A stretch of 64,000 nucleotides of DNA from Bacteroidales bacterium. GTDB lineage: Bacteria; Bacteroidota; Bacteroidia; Bacteroidales; G3-4614. Position 1 is the first letter of the stretch, and every line of letters begins with the position of its first letter. The translations under genes were made by a program, and so were the position numbers. Shown piece after piece: positions 25,637-37,689 of this stretch. Location: NCBI GenBank assembly GCA_015061035.1, contig SUXK01000003.1, positions 92,700 to 156,699 of the forward strand. The letters are read 5' to 3'. The notes beneath the pieces are model-generated. The model did no database searches and was not told where the DNA came from. It saw only the letters and a program-made list of their open reading frames with translations.

Positions 25637-26545
25637 ATGCAAGAGCCTGTATATCACATACCTGCGTTACTAAATGAGTGTATTGACGGATTAAATATTT
25701 CTCCAAATGGGACATACATTGATGTTACATTTGGAGGAGGAGGACACTCTCGCGGAATAATTGAGAGATTGGGAACTAATGGAAAGTTATTCTCATTTGA
25801 CCAAGATAGTGATGCAGAAAAAAATATAATTGATGATAAACGTTTCACATTTGTAAAAAGCAATTTCAGATTTTTAAAGAATTTTATGAAATACCACAAC
25901 ATTGAACAAGTTGATGGTATCATTGCCGATCTTGGTGTATCATTTCACCATTTTGATGAAGCAGAGAGAGGTTTCTCATTTCGTTTCGATGGCAAACTTG
26001 ATATGCGAATGAACCGAAGAGGAGGAAATTCGGCAGCAGAGGTTATAAACAAATACCCAGAGAGCAAGATTGCCGATATACTATACTACTATGGAGAGAT
26101 GCGTAATGCAAGAAAAATTGCCGCAGAAATAGTAAAAAAGAGAGAGAGTAAAGTGATAGAAACAACATCTGATTTACTCTCTATAATTAAAGGGATGATT
26201 AATCCAAAACAAGAGAAGAAAGAGTTAGCTCAAATATTTCAGGCATTACGTATTGAAGTCAACGATGAGATGACGAGTTTAAAAAGTATGTTGCAACAAA
26301 GCGTAGAGATGCTAAAACCTGGAGGAAGAATTGTTGTTCTAACATACCACTCTCTTGAAGATAGAATTGTAAAAGATTTCTTTAGATACGGAAATTTTGA
26401 TGGTAAAGCAGAGCAAGATTTTTTTGGGAGATTAATAGCGCCACTAAAACAGATAAACAATAAAGTTATAACTCCGTCTGAAGAGGAGATAGAACGTAAT
26501 CCAAGATCACGCTCAGCAAAATTAAGAATAGCAGAAAAAATATAA
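25637..26545 (+). CDS. rsmH: 16S rRNA (cytosine1402-N4)-methyltransferase RsmH (MraW)
   Basis: HIPALL, DVTFGGGGHS and ADLGVS motifs. I prefer the ATG at 25637 (MQEPVYHIP...) over the TTG at 25613 used by the track. Confidence 0.93.
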   Translation: MQEPVYHIPALLNECIDGLNISPNGTYIDVTFGGGGHSRGIIERLGTNGKLFSFDQDSDAEKNIIDDKRFTFVKSNFRFLKNFMKYHNIEQVDGIIADLGVSFHHFDEAERGFSFRFDGKLDMRMNRRGGNSAAEVINKYPESKIADILYYYGEMRNARKIAAEIVKKRESKVIETTSDLLSIIKGMINPKQEKKELAQIFQALRIEVNDEMTSLKSMLQQSVEMLKPGGRIVVLTYHSLEDRIVKDFFRYGNFDGKAEQDFFGRLIAPLKQINNKVITPSEEEIERNPRSRSAKLRIAEKI

Positions 26546-26547
26546 TT

Positions 26548-27036
26548 ATGGTAGAGGAAAACAACAGAGAAGAGATTGAAAAGATTGAGAAATCAACCCC
26601 AGATGAGATAAATATTTCAACCCAAGAAGAGGGAACCGAAATAGAAAAAAATAATATCTCAGAAGGCGAAGAACCCAATAGTGAGAAAAAGAGAATAGGA
26701 TTTTTTAAAGGGATATGGTCAATTATCCGAATATTTTTTAATGGCAAGATTCTGTCCATTGATTTTATCATTAAACACTGTATAACATTCTCAACAATTA
26801 TAATTGTGGTTCTATTCTATATCTCAAACAGATATATTAACCAAATAAATGCAGCTGAAATTAAAAAAACAGAGAAAAAAATTACAGAGACAAGATATAG
26901 GGCACTTGAAATGTCATCACGTTTAAAAAAGGTTCAATGTACCGATTCAATAATTAAATACATTGACAAATATGATTTAGATTTAGAATTTCCTACACAA
27001 CCCCCTTACATAATTGAAGAAGATGGAAAGAAGTAA
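26548..27036 (+). CDS. FtsL-like cell division protein (Bacteroidota type) with an acidic N-terminal extension
   Basis: 162-aa ORF between rsmH and ftsI, with a single TM helix (ITFSTIIIVVLFYI) followed by a coiled-coil-like segment. Confidence 0.65.
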   Translation: MVEENNREEIEKIEKSTPDEINISTQEEGTEIEKNNISEGEEPNSEKKRIGFFKGIWSIIRIFFNGKILSIDFIIKHCITFSTIIIVVLFYISNRYINQINAAEIKKTEKKITETRYRALEMSSRLKKVQCTDSIIKYIDKYDLDLEFPTQPPYIIEEDGKK

Positions 27037-29161
27037 ACAAAGTAAAATATCATTCAGATATTTTCTTATATCGATATTGGTAGTAGTAATGTGCCTCTAC
27101 GTTATAGGAAAAGTTATCAAAATAATATTTATTGAGGGAGAGGGTTGGAATAAGAAGTCTGAAGCTGCCATAATGAAAGATGTAAAAATTCCCGCCCATC
27201 GAGGAAACATATTATCTGCAGATGATGAAATAGTAGCAAGTACAATAAAGGAGTATAAACTCTTCTTCGACTTTAGAGATATTAAAGATAACGGAAAGTA
27301 TGTAAGAGTTCCTCACCCCGACACTTTGAATAAATATATCGATGCTTTCTGTCTGGCAATTTCTAAAAAATTGGGAGATAAGAGTGCATCGGAATACAAG
27401 AAAAAATTATTAAAAGGATATAAGAATAAATCAGGAAGAGTAAACTTAAGTCCCAAAGTTGTCTCATACCTTGATTTACTTGAAATAAAGAAGTTTCCTT
27501 TGGTAAATAAAGGAGGTGGTGCTACTGGATTCTTTGTAGAATCACAGGAGAAGAGAGAGATGCCATTCGGTAAAGTTGCATCACGAACCATAGGAAGGCT
27601 TAAAAATGGTAAAGCCGAATATGGTATTGAGTTGGCTTACGACTCAATTCTAAGGGGGAAAGACGGGAAAGCCGATTTCAGAATCATTAGGAAACAACTC
27701 GTTGAAATAAGAGGTACCGAAATTCCTAAAGAGAACGGATGCGATATACGTACCACAATTGACTTAAGAATACAATACCATGCCGAAGAGGCCCTTTTAA
27801 GAAAATTAAAAGAGGTTGATGCTGATAATGGTAGTGTAATAGTAATGGAGGTAGAGACAGGAGCAATAAAAGCAATTGCCAACTACTCAAGAATAAAAGA
27901 GGGAAAATTTGGAGAGTCACGAAATTTTGCCATAAGTGGACTATATCAACCAGGCTCAACTTTTAAGACCGTTGCAATAACTGCGGCATTAGATGATGGC
28001 GTAACAACACCTACTGAGATATTTGACACAGAGGATGGAACATACACACACCGCCATCCCAATGGTAAAAATTCAAAACAGATACGAGACTGGAATGCCC
28101 ATAGAGGAGGCTTTGGTCCAATATCTGTAACCAGAATTATGGAAGAGTCATCAAATATCGGAACTGCAAAAGTTGTTCTAAAAGGATATGAAAATAACCC
28201 CCAAAAGTTTCTTGACAAACTCGACCAGATGGGAATAAACGAAAAAGTAGATTTGAAATTAATTGGACAAGCATATCCACAAATTCCCAAATTATCAAGC
28301 AAACTTTGGAGTTATACCACACTTCCATGGATGAGTTTCGGATATAATATCCAAGTTCCTCCAATATACTCTTTAATGTTTTATAATGCCATAGCGAATG
28401 GAGGCAAAATGATTTCACCAATATTTGTTACTGACATTCTAAAAGAGGGAAAAGTAATAGAGCATATAGATAGCAAAGTTGTTAGGGAACAGATATGTAA
28501 ACCTAAAACAATAACTCAAGTAAGAGAAATTCTAACAAGTGTTGTTCAAAACGGAACTGCACAAAATCTCAAATCACCAAATGTCTCAATAGCAGGAAAA
28601 ACAGGAACCGTAATAATATATTCTGGAGAGTTCGGATACGATCCAAACGCAAGAACACATAGAGTATCGTTCTGTGGGTACTTCCCCGATGATGAGAAAC
28701 CCAAATACTCATGTATAGTTGTGGTTACACGTCCAAGAGGAGTATATCCATCGGCAGGACCAATTGCAGGAGGAGTTCTCAAAGAGATAGCTGAGAATAT
28801 GTACGCATTAGGGTACTTAAACGAAGCTCCACAATTACAAGTAGGAGATGAGACAAAAAGAAAACCTAAAATATCAAAAGGGATAGATAACATAACAGAA
28901 GCATTGTGCGACTCTTTGAATATTGAATACATAGCAGAACATGCCGAAGAGATTACAGCAGATACATGCAATGTTGAAAATAACGATATAATAACATTAC
29001 CATCAGTTATAGGTATGGGTATAAGAGATGCCATATATACATTGGAGGATTTAGGCGTAAAAGTAACAGCACAGGGGAGAGGATATGTAAAACAACAAAT
29101 TCCCTCACCCGGTACCCCATATAACAAAGGCGATGAAGTAATAATAATATTAGAAAACTAA
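27014..29161 (+). CDS. ftsI: Penicillin-binding protein 3 / peptidoglycan D,D-transpeptidase FtsI with a C-terminal PASTA-like domain
   Basis: 715-aa ORF with SxxK (GSTFK), SxN (SSN) and KTG (GKTGT). The C-terminal [23 protein letters not shown]... is PASTA-like. Confidence 0.92.
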   Translation: MKKMERSKQSKISFRYFLISILVVVMCLYVIGKVIKIIFIEGEGWNKKSEAAIMKDVKIPAHRGNILSADDEIVASTIKEYKLFFDFRDIKDNGKYVRVPHPDTLNKYIDAFCLAISKKLGDKSASEYKKKLLKGYKNKSGRVNLSPKVVSYLDLLEIKKFPLVNKGGGATGFFVESQEKREMPFGKVASRTIGRLKNGKAEYGIELAYDSILRGKDGKADFRIIRKQLVEIRGTEIPKENGCDIRTTIDLRIQYHAEEALLRKLKEVDADNGSVIVMEVETGAIKAIANYSRIKEGKFGESRNFAISGLYQPGSTFKTVAITAALDDGVTTPTEIFDTEDGTYTHRHPNGKNSKQIRDWNAHRGGFGPISVTRIMEESSNIGTAKVVLKGYENNPQKFLDKLDQMGINEKVDLKLIGQAYPQIPKLSSKLWSYTTLPWMSFGYNIQVPPIYSLMFYNAIANGGKMISPIFVTDILKEGKVIEHIDSKVVREQICKPKTITQVREILTSVVQNGTAQNLKSPNVSIAGKTGTVIIYSGEFGYDPNARTHRVSFCGYFPDDEKPKYSCIVVVTRPRGVYPSAGPIAGGVLKEIAENMYALGYLNEAPQLQVGDETKRKPKISKGIDNITEALCDSLNIEYIAEHAEEITADTCNVENNDIITLPSVIGMGIRDAIYTLEDLGVKVTAQGRGYVKQQIPSPGTPYNKGDEVIIILEN

Positions 29162-29166
29162 ATATT

Positions 29167-30624
29167 ATGAAAAAAATAGCAACACTTTTAGAGAAGATAA
29201 AAGTAAAAAGCATAATTGGTGATATTGAGCAAGAAGTGCAAGGAATAGATTCCGACTCTCGCAATATAAAATCGGGATATATGTTCATTGCTGTAAAAGG
29301 AACAGTTGTTGATGGTCACAAATTTATTGATAAAGCAATAGAACAAGGAGTAATAGCAATTGTATGCGAAGATATCCCTGAAATTCAAAAGCAAGGAGTA
29401 ACATACATAGTTACCCCCGACACACAACTTGCACTCGGACAACTCGCATCTGCATGGTTCAATTATCCATCAGAAAAGTTACGTCTTGTAGGAGTAACAG
29501 GAACAAATGGAAAAACTACCATAGCAACACTCTTATACAAGATGTTCAAGATGTTTGGAGAGAAAGTAGGACTACTATCTACCGTATGCAACTATATAGA
29601 TGACAAACCAGTACCATCAACCCATACAACACCCGATCCACTATCGCTAAACAAACTTTTAAGCGAAATGGTAGAGCAAGGATGCACATACGCATTTATG
29701 GAGGTGAGTTCACACTCAGCCGACCAAAAAAGAATTGGTGGATTAGATTTTGACGGAGGAATATTCACAAACCTTACCCGCGACCACATGGATTACCACA
29801 AAACAGTGGACGCATACTTAAAAGCGAAAAAAAGTTTCTTCGACTCATTAAGTAAAAAAGCATTTGCTCTAACAAATGCCGATGATAAAAATGGTGCAGT
29901 TATGTTACAAAATTGCAAAGCAAAACAGAGTGCATACTCACTTCAGTCAATGGCAGAATTTAAAGGAAAAATAATAGAGAGTCGTATTGATGGAACAACA
30001 CTACTGATAAACAACCGAGAGGTAGAGACACTATTTGTAGGAAAATTCAATGCTTACAACCTATTGGCAGTTTACGGAGCAGCATGCTTATTAGGAAAAG
30101 AACCAGAAGAGGTATTAACAATAATATCAGCATTAATACCTGTATCAGGACGCTTTCAAACTCTATCAAAGAATAGGATAACCGCAATAGTTGATTACGC
30201 ACACACTCCCGATGCCATAACCAATGTATTGCAATCAATAACAGAAGTAATACGAGGCAAAGGAGATATAATCTCTGTAATAGGGGCAGGAGGCAACAGA
30301 GATAAAGGCAAACGCCCCATAATGGCACAAGAGGCAGCAAAATTATCAAACCAATTAATCCTTACCTCTGACAATCCTCGCGATGAAGAGCCTGAACAAA
30401 TAATTGCAGAGATGAAAGAGGGATTATCGGCAACACAACTAAAAAAATGTTTAGCAATAACCGACCGTCGTGAAGCAATCAGACTCGCAATCAGACTTGC
30501 AAAACCCGGAGATGTAGTTTTAGTTGCAGGTAAAGGACACGAAGACTACCAAGAGATTAAAGGAGTAAAATACCATTTTGATGATAGAGAAGAGATAGAA
30601 AAAGCATTTGAGGAAATATTATAA
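29167..30624 (+). CDS. murE: UDP-N-acetylmuramoyl-L-alanyl-D-glutamate--2,6-diaminopimelate ligase
   Basis: 485-aa ORF with [10 protein letters not shown] and DNPR motifs. Confidence 0.93.
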   Translation: MKKIATLLEKIKVKSIIGDIEQEVQGIDSDSRNIKSGYMFIAVKGTVVDGHKFIDKAIEQGVIAIVCEDIPEIQKQGVTYIVTPDTQLALGQLASAWFNYPSEKLRLVGVTGTNGKTTIATLLYKMFKMFGEKVGLLSTVCNYIDDKPVPSTHTTPDPLSLNKLLSEMVEQGCTYAFMEVSSHSADQKRIGGLDFDGGIFTNLTRDHMDYHKTVDAYLKAKKSFFDSLSKKAFALTNADDKNGAVMLQNCKAKQSAYSLQSMAEFKGKIIESRIDGTTLLINNREVETLFVGKFNAYNLLAVYGAACLLGKEPEEVLTIISALIPVSGRFQTLSKNRITAIVDYAHTPDAITNVLQSITEVIRGKGDIISVIGAGGNRDKGKRPIMAQEAAKLSNQLILTSDNPRDEEPEQIIAEMKEGLSATQLKKCLAITDRREAIRLAIRLAKPGDVVLVAGKGHEDYQEIKGVKYHFDDREEIEKAFEEIL

Positions 30625-30641
30625 TAAAAAAAAGGAAGAAA

Positions 30642-31907
30642 ATGTTGTACGATTTATTTAGTTACTTAAACACAATAGATATTCCAGGAGCAGGGATGTT
30701 CCAATATATATCATTCCGTAGTACCTTGGCATTTGTTATATCGCTATTTATCGCAATGATAATAGGACGAAAAATTATAAATAAACTGCAAAAACTTCAG
30801 ATAGGAGAGACAATCCGCGACCTCTCATTGGAGGGACAACTATCAAAAAAGGGAACTCCTACAATGGGCGGAATAATAATCATAATAGCGATACTCATAC
30901 CATGTTTGTTAGTTGGGAGGCTTAATAACATATATATGATTCTTATGCTTGTAACCACTGCATGGTTAGGAGTCTTAGGATTTGCCGATGATTACATAAA
31001 AGTAATCAAGAAAAACAAAGAGGGAATGAAAGGCAAATTCAAAATAATTGGACAAGTTGGATTAGGATTGATAGTTGGATTAACCCTATACCTATCGCCC
31101 GATGTAGTTATTCGTGAAAAAACTGAAATACAAAAAACAACTGAGACAACTATTACCACTGAGGTAGTACAAAACGAAAATACAAAATCAACAAAAACAA
31201 CCATTCCTTTTGTAAAAAATCACAACCTTGACTATGCAGATATTCTACCTTTTGAAGGAGAGACAGCACAAACCGTTGGATGGATAATATTTGTTGTAAT
31301 GAGTATCCTTGTTGTTACAGCCGTTTCAAACGGAGCAAACTTAACAGATGGACTTGATGGATTAGCAGCAGGTACAACCGCAATAATAGGCGTGACGTTA
31401 GGAATATTTGCATATCTATCGGGACATGTTATGTACTCATCATATCTTGATATAATGTATATACCTGGCTCAGAGGAGTTGGTGGTATTCATCAGTGCAT
31501 TTGTAGGAGCATTAATAGGATTCTTGTGGTATAACGTATATCCTGCACAAGTATTTATGGGAGATACTGGAAGTTTAACAATTGGAGGAATAATAGCCGT
31601 ATTAGCAATAATCTTACGCAAAGAACTGCTACTACCCCTATTATGCGGAATATTCTTTGTTGAAAGTTTAAGTGTAATAATGCAAACAGCATATTTCAAA
31701 TACACAAAGAAAAGATATGGTGAGGGACGCAGAATATTTAAGATGACACCACTTCATCACCACTTTCAAAAAGATGGAGACGGATCAATAAAAGCAATTT
31801 TACAAGCACCGGTAAATAAAATGCCAGAATCACGAATAACACTTCGTTTCTGGATTATTACAATACTTTTAGCAGCACTTACAATAGTTACATTAAAAAT
31901 AAGATAA
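30642..31907 (+). CDS. mraY: Phospho-N-acetylmuramoyl-pentapeptide transferase
   Basis: 421-aa polytopic ORF with [24 protein letters not shown] and PLHHHF motifs. Confidence 0.95.
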   Translation: MLYDLFSYLNTIDIPGAGMFQYISFRSTLAFVISLFIAMIIGRKIINKLQKLQIGETIRDLSLEGQLSKKGTPTMGGIIIIIAILIPCLLVGRLNNIYMILMLVTTAWLGVLGFADDYIKVIKKNKEGMKGKFKIIGQVGLGLIVGLTLYLSPDVVIREKTEIQKTTETTITTEVVQNENTKSTKTTIPFVKNHNLDYADILPFEGETAQTVGWIIFVVMSILVVTAVSNGANLTDGLDGLAAGTTAIIGVTLGIFAYLSGHVMYSSYLDIMYIPGSEELVVFISAFVGALIGFLWYNVYPAQVFMGDTGSLTIGGIIAVLAIILRKELLLPLLCGIFFVESLSVIMQTAYFKYTKKRYGEGRRIFKMTPLHHHFQKDGDGSIKAILQAPVNKMPESRITLRFWIITILLAALTIVTLKIR

Positions 31908-33244
31908 TGACAAAAAGAGTAGTAGTATTAGGAGCAGGAGAGAGCGGAGCAGGAGCAGCCGTTTTAGCAAAACTTAAAGGTTTTGACGTTTTCGTGTCAG
32001 ATAGTTCACCCATTAAAGAGAACTATCTATCGCTACTTAAAGAGTACGATATTGAGAACGAAAGTGGCACTCACACTATAGATAAGATTTTAAATGCCGA
32101 TGAAGTAATAAAAAGTCCTGGCATACCCGATACCGTTCCCGTAATGAGAGCCATACTCGAAAAGGGCATTCCCGTAATCTCAGAGATAGAGTTTGCCGGA
32201 CGTTATACTAATGCAAAGATGATATGTATAACAGGAAGTAACGGAAAAACTACTACAACTCTTTTAACCTATCACATACTAAAAAGTGCAGGACTAAACG
32301 TTGGATTAGCAGGAAATGTGGGAAAAAGTTTAGCCCTACAAGTAGCCACACAAAACTTTGACTACTATGTAATAGAGTTAAGCAGTTTTCAGTTGGACAA
32401 TATGTATGATTTTAAAGCCAACATTGCAGTGTTGTTAAATATCACACCTGACCATCTTGACCGATACGGATATGAGATGCAAAACTATGTTGACGCTAAA
32501 TTTCGTATTACACAAAACCAAACAGAAAACGATGCATTCATCTTCTGGAACGATGACCCCATTATAACAGAAGAGTTATCAAAATACAATCTAAAATCAA
32601 GACTCTATCCATTTGCAGAGACAAACAGCGAAGGAGTTGCTGCATATAAAGAGGGGCAGAATATAATAATTAACGATAAAGATGGTACTATCTCAATTGA
32701 AGAGGAGGCTCTTTCACTTGAAGGCAGACATAACCTATTCAACTCGTTAGCAGCATCAATATCGGCAAAAGTCCTTGAAATACGAAAAGAGGAGATCAGA
32801 GCAGCATTAAGTGGATTCAAAGGAGTAGAACACCGTCTGGAGAAAGCAGGAAGAGTTCGTGGAGTTGAGTTTATAAACGACTCAAAAGCAACCAACGTAA
32901 ACTCATGCTGGTATGCCTTAGAAAGTATGAAAACCCCTGTTGTACTAATACTCGGAGGAAAAGACAAAGGAAACGACTACACCGAAATTGAACAACTTGT
33001 AAAAGATAAAGTAAAAGCAATAGTATGCCTTGGCGTTGACAATAGCAAACTACATAAATTCTTTGATGGAATGGGTAAAAACATGGCTGACGCCTCATCA
33101 ATGAAGGAGGCAGTAGAAAAAGCCTTTGCAATGGCAAACCCAGGAGATACAGTACTACTATCACCATGCTGTGCAAGTTTTGATTTGTTCAAAAGTTACG
33201 AAGATAGAGGGGAACAATTTAAAAAATGTGTAAAAGAGATATAG
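31907..33244 (+). CDS. murD: UDP-N-acetylmuramoylalanine--D-glutamate ligase
   Basis: 445-aa ORF with ITGSNGKTTT and NDSKATN. TAATG overlap with mraY. Confidence 0.93.
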   Translation: MTKRVVVLGAGESGAGAAVLAKLKGFDVFVSDSSPIKENYLSLLKEYDIENESGTHTIDKILNADEVIKSPGIPDTVPVMRAILEKGIPVISEIEFAGRYTNAKMICITGSNGKTTTTLLTYHILKSAGLNVGLAGNVGKSLALQVATQNFDYYVIELSSFQLDNMYDFKANIAVLLNITPDHLDRYGYEMQNYVDAKFRITQNQTENDAFIFWNDDPIITEELSKYNLKSRLYPFAETNSEGVAAYKEGQNIIINDKDGTISIEEEALSLEGRHNLFNSLAASISAKVLEIRKEEIRAALSGFKGVEHRLEKAGRVRGVEFINDSKATNVNSCWYALESMKTPVVLILGGKDKGNDYTEIEQLVKDKVKAIVCLGVDNSKLHKFFDGMGKNMADASSMKEAVEKAFAMANPGDTVLLSPCCASFDLFKSYEDRGEQFKKCVKEI

Positions 33245-33246
33245 TT

Positions 33247-34503
33247 ATGGAAAACAAAAGATTTTTTTTAAGAGGAGATAATTATATATGGGGAGCATTA
33301 GTTGGTCTCTGCATAGCATCAATCATAATAATGTTTAGTGCAATAGAGACCGAAACATACTCATCAGATAATCTATATGACCCCATATTATCACATTGCA
33401 GCCATATAGTAATAAGTTTAGTAGTTGCTATTACACTTTCATATGTACCATACAAGATTTATAGACTATTGGCTATACCAATATTTATAACCGCTTGTGG
33501 TCTGCTAATATACACACTGCTATTTGCAGGAAAAGTAAATGATGCTGCACGATGGATTAATGTTGGAATTAGCATACAACCTTCTGAAATTGCTAAATTA
33601 GGAGTTATAATAACTACTGCATATTACTTGGCAAAAGGGCAAACCGAGAAAGGAGTATCAAACAATGCTCTAAAGAAAGTTATTTTAGTTGTAGTAATAC
33701 CATGCCTATTAATATTCACAGAGAACCTATCAACTGCTGGATTGATAGTTTTAATAGCGTTATGCATGATGAATATAGCAGGCGTAAGCATAAAGAAACT
33801 TGGTATTATGATATTAATTGCCGCATTGTTTATAAGTTCAATACTTTTTACGGCTCATGTACTTGATAAAAATTATCCTGATAAAGAGAATGTATTTATG
33901 AAGGTTGTTCATAGGGCAAATCTATGGAACTCAAGAATAGCAGGATTCTTTTCAGGAAATGATATTCCAGAATATGAAAAGGACACTGAAGATAAAAAAT
34001 ACTATCAATCACATCACTCATATATGGCAATTGCCAATGGAAAAGGAATAGGGTTAGGTCCGGGTAATAGTATTGAACGGAATACCCTTCCTCACGCAGA
34101 TTCTGATTTCATCTTTGCCATAGTATTAGAAGAGTATGGTATATTAGGAGGATTAGTTGTTATGGGACTATACCTGTCACTACTATTTAGGACATACTAT
34201 ATAACGCGTAAATGCACTCACGCATTCCCTGCATTCTTAATGATGGGACTTGCATTAGGACTTGTATTCCAAGCATTACTAAATATGATGGTAGCAACAG
34301 GCGTAGGACCAGTAACAGGACAACCATTACCGCTAATCAGTAATGGAGGATCATCGGCGGTATTCACAGGCGTATATTTTGGAATAATGCTAAACATTAG
34401 TCACACAGCATTAGGACTAAATAATACCAATGATAAAAAAACAGAAAATAATATAGAGGAGACAAACCCAAATCTTGAAGAAAACTATGAAAAAGAATCT
34501 TAA
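33247..34503 (+). CDS. ftsW: Peptidoglycan glycosyltransferase FtsW (SEDS family)
   Basis: Polytopic membrane ORF with QPSE, HADSDFIFA and LPLISNGGSS motifs. I prefer the ATG at 33247 (MENKRFF...); the track start at 33226 overlaps murD. Confidence 0.9.
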   Translation: MENKRFFLRGDNYIWGALVGLCIASIIIMFSAIETETYSSDNLYDPILSHCSHIVISLVVAITLSYVPYKIYRLLAIPIFITACGLLIYTLLFAGKVNDAARWINVGISIQPSEIAKLGVIITTAYYLAKGQTEKGVSNNALKKVILVVVIPCLLIFTENLSTAGLIVLIALCMMNIAGVSIKKLGIMILIAALFISSILFTAHVLDKNYPDKENVFMKVVHRANLWNSRIAGFFSGNDIPEYEKDTEDKKYYQSHHSYMAIANGKGIGLGPGNSIERNTLPHADSDFIFAIVLEEYGILGGLVVMGLYLSLLFRTYYITRKCTHAFPAFLMMGLALGLVFQALLNMMVATGVGPVTGQPLPLISNGGSSAVFTGVYFGIMLNISHTALGLNNTNDKKTENNIEETNPNLEENYEKES

Positions 34504-35593
34504 AATAATAGTTAGCGGAGGAGGAACAGGAGGACACATTTTCCCTGCAATATCAATAGCCGACGCCATAAAGAACAAACTTCCAGATGCAGAAATTCTA
34601 TTCGTAGGAGCAGAAGGAAGAATGGAGATGGAGAAAGTACCCTCAGCAGGATATAAAATTATAGGAATACCCATCAGCGGATTAAGTAGAACAAATCTTT
34701 TCAAGAACTTCAAAGTAATAGCACAACTATTTAAAAGTTTGAAACTCGCTAAAAAGATAATAAAAGAGTTCTCTCCCGATGTAGCAGTAGGAGTGGGAGG
34801 TTACGCAAGTGGCCCAACACTATGGAGTGCAGCAAGTATGGGAATACCAACTGTAATACAGGAACAAAACTCTTATGCAGGAGTTACAAATAAATTGTTG
34901 GCAAAAAAGGCCAAGGCAATATGCGTAGCATACGAAGGAATGGAGAGATTCTTCCCTGAAGAGAATATTATAATAACCGGAAATCCCGTCCGAAAGAATC
35001 TAACACAAAATGTATCGCGTGACGAGGCAATAGAATATTTCGGACTCGACAAAAATAAAAAAACCATACTTGCCATAGGCGGAAGTTTAGGAGCAAGAAC
35101 TATTAATCAAAGTATTGCAGATTCACTTAAAGATATACCTGAAGGGGTGCAAATAATATGGCAATCGGGCAAATTCTACGACAATGAGGCAAGCGAAGCC
35201 ATAAAGAGAGTTGGCAAAGTCCCAGTAAAACAGAGTGCCTTTATCACCCGTATGGATTTAGCATACGCCGTTGCAGACTTGGTAATATCAAGAGCCGGAG
35301 CATCATCTATATCGGAACTATGTCTTTTAGGGAAACCAGCAATATTGGTACCATCACCAAACGTGGCAGAAGACCATCAAACAAAAAATGCAATGGCACT
35401 TGCAGAGAAAGATGCAGCAATATTGATACCCGATTCAGAAGCCATAAACTCTCTAATGAATCAAGCATTCAAGTTAGTAGAAGATGACATACGATTAAAG
35501 AACATGTCAAACAATATAAAAACACTTGCAGAAGAAGACTCTGCAAACAGAATAGCAGATATAGTAATAAATATTGCAAATAATAAAAAATAA
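34475..35593 (+). CDS. murG: UDP-N-acetylglucosamine--N-acetylmuramyl-(pentapeptide) pyrophosphoryl-undecaprenol GlcNAc transferase
   Basis: 372-aa ORF with SGGGTGGHIFPA and the C-terminal nucleotide-sugar binding region. The true start may be the ATG at 34487. Confidence 0.93.
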   Translation: MKKTMKKNLKIIVSGGGTGGHIFPAISIADAIKNKLPDAEILFVGAEGRMEMEKVPSAGYKIIGIPISGLSRTNLFKNFKVIAQLFKSLKLAKKIIKEFSPDVAVGVGGYASGPTLWSAASMGIPTVIQEQNSYAGVTNKLLAKKAKAICVAYEGMERFFPEENIIITGNPVRKNLTQNVSRDEAIEYFGLDKNKKTILAIGGSLGARTINQSIADSLKDIPEGVQIIWQSGKFYDNEASEAIKRVGKVPVKQSAFITRMDLAYAVADLVISRAGASSISELCLLGKPAILVPSPNVAEDHQTKNAMALAEKDAAILIPDSEAINSLMNQAFKLVEDDIRLKNMSNNIKTLAEEDSANRIADIVINIANNKK

Positions 35594-36960
35594 TGGAGGA
35601 TAAAAAATCTATATACTTTTTGGGAATAGGCGGAATAGGAATGAGTGCCTTGGCAAGATACTTTATATCAAAAGGGTATAAAGTAGCAGGTTATGACCGA
35701 ACTCAAACACACATAACCAATGCTTTAAGCAATGAAGGAGCCGAAATTGTGTACAACGAAGATATAGAATTAATCCCCTCATATTGCAGAGATCCCAAAG
35801 ATACTCTTGTGGTATATACCCCAGCAATTCCCTCAAACCACAAAGGATTTGAATATTTCAAAGCAAATAACTATGAAATTGCCAAACGAGCAAAAATATT
35901 GGGGATGATAACCCGCAATAGCAAAGGGTTGTGTATTGCAGGGACACACGGAAAAACTACTACAAGTTCAATGTTAGCACACATTTTGGCATCATCAAAG
36001 ATAGAGTGCAACGCATTCTTGGGAGGAATACTTAAAAACTACAATAGCAACCTTATACTCTCAAACAAGAGCGAATTAACGGTAATTGAGGCAGATGAAT
36101 ATGACCGTTCATTTCATCAACTATCTCCCTATATGGCGGTAGTAACAGCATCTGATCCAGACCATCTTGATATATACGGAACAGAAGAAGCATATCTTGA
36201 GAGTTTTGCAACATTTACCGAGTTGATATGCCCCGAAGGAGTACTTCTAATAAAAAAAGGCATAACACTTAAACCCCGAATTAAAGAGGGAGTAAAACTA
36301 TTTACCTTTGGACGCGAAGAGGGCGACTACCATGCCAAAAACATACGTATAGGAGGAGGAGAAATAATATTTGATTTTGTAACCCCCGAAAAGGTAATAG
36401 AGGATATAAAATTAGGAGTACCCGTAAAAATAAACATTGACAATGCAATTGCAGCAATGGCAATTGCTATGATGAACGGAGTAACAGATACCGAAATAAA
36501 AGAGGCAATAGCAACATACAAGGGACCTGAACGCCGTTTTGATTTTTGGTTAAAAACACCCGATAAAATTCTACTTGATGATTATGCACACCACCCCGAT
36601 GAGGTAGAAGCATCAATATCATCAGTAAGGGAGTTATACCCCGACAAGCACTTGACAGTTATCTTTTACCCACACCTATACAGCAGAACACGCGATTTTG
36701 CTTCACAATTTGCAAAGTCACTATCTCTTGCCGACCGAGTAATACTATTACCCATATACCCGGCACGCGAAGAACCAATAGAGGGGGTAAGTTCTGAGAT
36801 AATACTCAATCAACTAACATGCAAAGAAAAAGAGATAACTTTAAAAGAAAATTTGATAGAGAGAATAAAAGTTGGTAAATTTGAAGTCCTCATGACAATG
36901 GGAGCAGGAAACGTTGACACCTATCTGCCTGAAATTAAAGAAATAATGGAAAAACTATGA
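35593..36960 (+). CDS. murC: UDP-N-acetylmuramate--L-alanine ligase
   Basis: 455-aa ORF with GIGGIGMSALA and IAGTHGKTTT. TAATG overlap with murG. Confidence 0.93.
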   Translation: MEDKKSIYFLGIGGIGMSALARYFISKGYKVAGYDRTQTHITNALSNEGAEIVYNEDIELIPSYCRDPKDTLVVYTPAIPSNHKGFEYFKANNYEIAKRAKILGMITRNSKGLCIAGTHGKTTTSSMLAHILASSKIECNAFLGGILKNYNSNLILSNKSELTVIEADEYDRSFHQLSPYMAVVTASDPDHLDIYGTEEAYLESFATFTELICPEGVLLIKKGITLKPRIKEGVKLFTFGREEGDYHAKNIRIGGGEIIFDFVTPEKVIEDIKLGVPVKINIDNAIAAMAIAMMNGVTDTEIKEAIATYKGPERRFDFWLKTPDKILLDDYAHHPDEVEASISSVRELYPDKHLTVIFYPHLYSRTRDFASQFAKSLSLADRVILLPIYPAREEPIEGVSSEIILNQLTCKEKEITLKENLIERIKVGKFEVLMTMGAGNVDTYLPEIKEIMEKL

Positions 36961-37688
36961 TTTGGAGAGTTATAAAATTTATATTACTTTTGCTTATCCC
37001 CACATATTTTATTGTCACAAGTATATATGCACAATATAAATATGCCGAAGAGGTATGCAATAACATCAAAGTAGTATTACTTAATCCAAAACAAGAGCAA
37101 TACCTTTCTGAAGAAGACATTCTCAAAATTGTTTCAGACAATAAATTAGCATATATAGGAGAAAAATTAAAAGATATAAACTTAGCAAGTTTAGAAAATA
37201 CCATTCAAGAAAATCCTATAATAAAGAACAACGAATGTTATATAACATCACAAGGGGAGATAATAATAGAGGTAACACAACGCATACCAAAATTTAGAGT
37301 AATCACACCCTCAACATCATACTACATTGATAGAGATGGCAAAAAACTCCCATTATCAGACAAAATTGTAGTACACGTACCAATAGCTACTGGCGAGATA
37401 AAAGAAGAGATTGCTCAAAACCAATTATTCAATTTTGTTGAATATATTGAGAACAGCAAATGGTATAACCAGATAGAACAAATTATAGTTACCGAAAAAG
37501 ATGAAATAGAATTAATACCAAGAGTTGGAAATCAATTGATTCTTTTTGGAAAAATAAGTAACTTTGAAGAAAAATTTAAATCATTAGACTTGCTCTACAC
37601 TAAAGTATTTAATACAGTAGGGTGGGACTATTACAATAAGATAAACTTACGATACAACGGAAAAATAATCTGCACAAAAAATAAATAA
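36957..37688 (+). CDS. ftsQ: Cell division protein FtsQ
   Basis: 243-aa ORF with an N-terminal TM helix and a POTRA-like region. Its position between murC and ftsA fits, and it has an ATGA overlap with murC. Confidence 0.75.
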   Translation: MIWRVIKFILLLLIPTYFIVTSIYAQYKYAEEVCNNIKVVLLNPKQEQYLSEEDILKIVSDNKLAYIGEKLKDINLASLENTIQENPIIKNNECYITSQGEIIIEVTQRIPKFRVITPSTSYYIDRDGKKLPLSDKIVVHVPIATGEIKEEIAQNQLFNFVEYIENSKWYNQIEQIIVTEKDEIELIPRVGNQLILFGKISNFEEKFKSLDLLYTKVFNTVGWDYYNKINLRYNGKIICTKNK

Positions 37689-37689
37689 T

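Noticed and set aside
26466-26771. 101-aa minus-strand ORF across the rsmH/ftsL junction.
   Set aside because: It is antisense to two operon genes, and its translation is Ser/Ile/Phe-rich low complexity.
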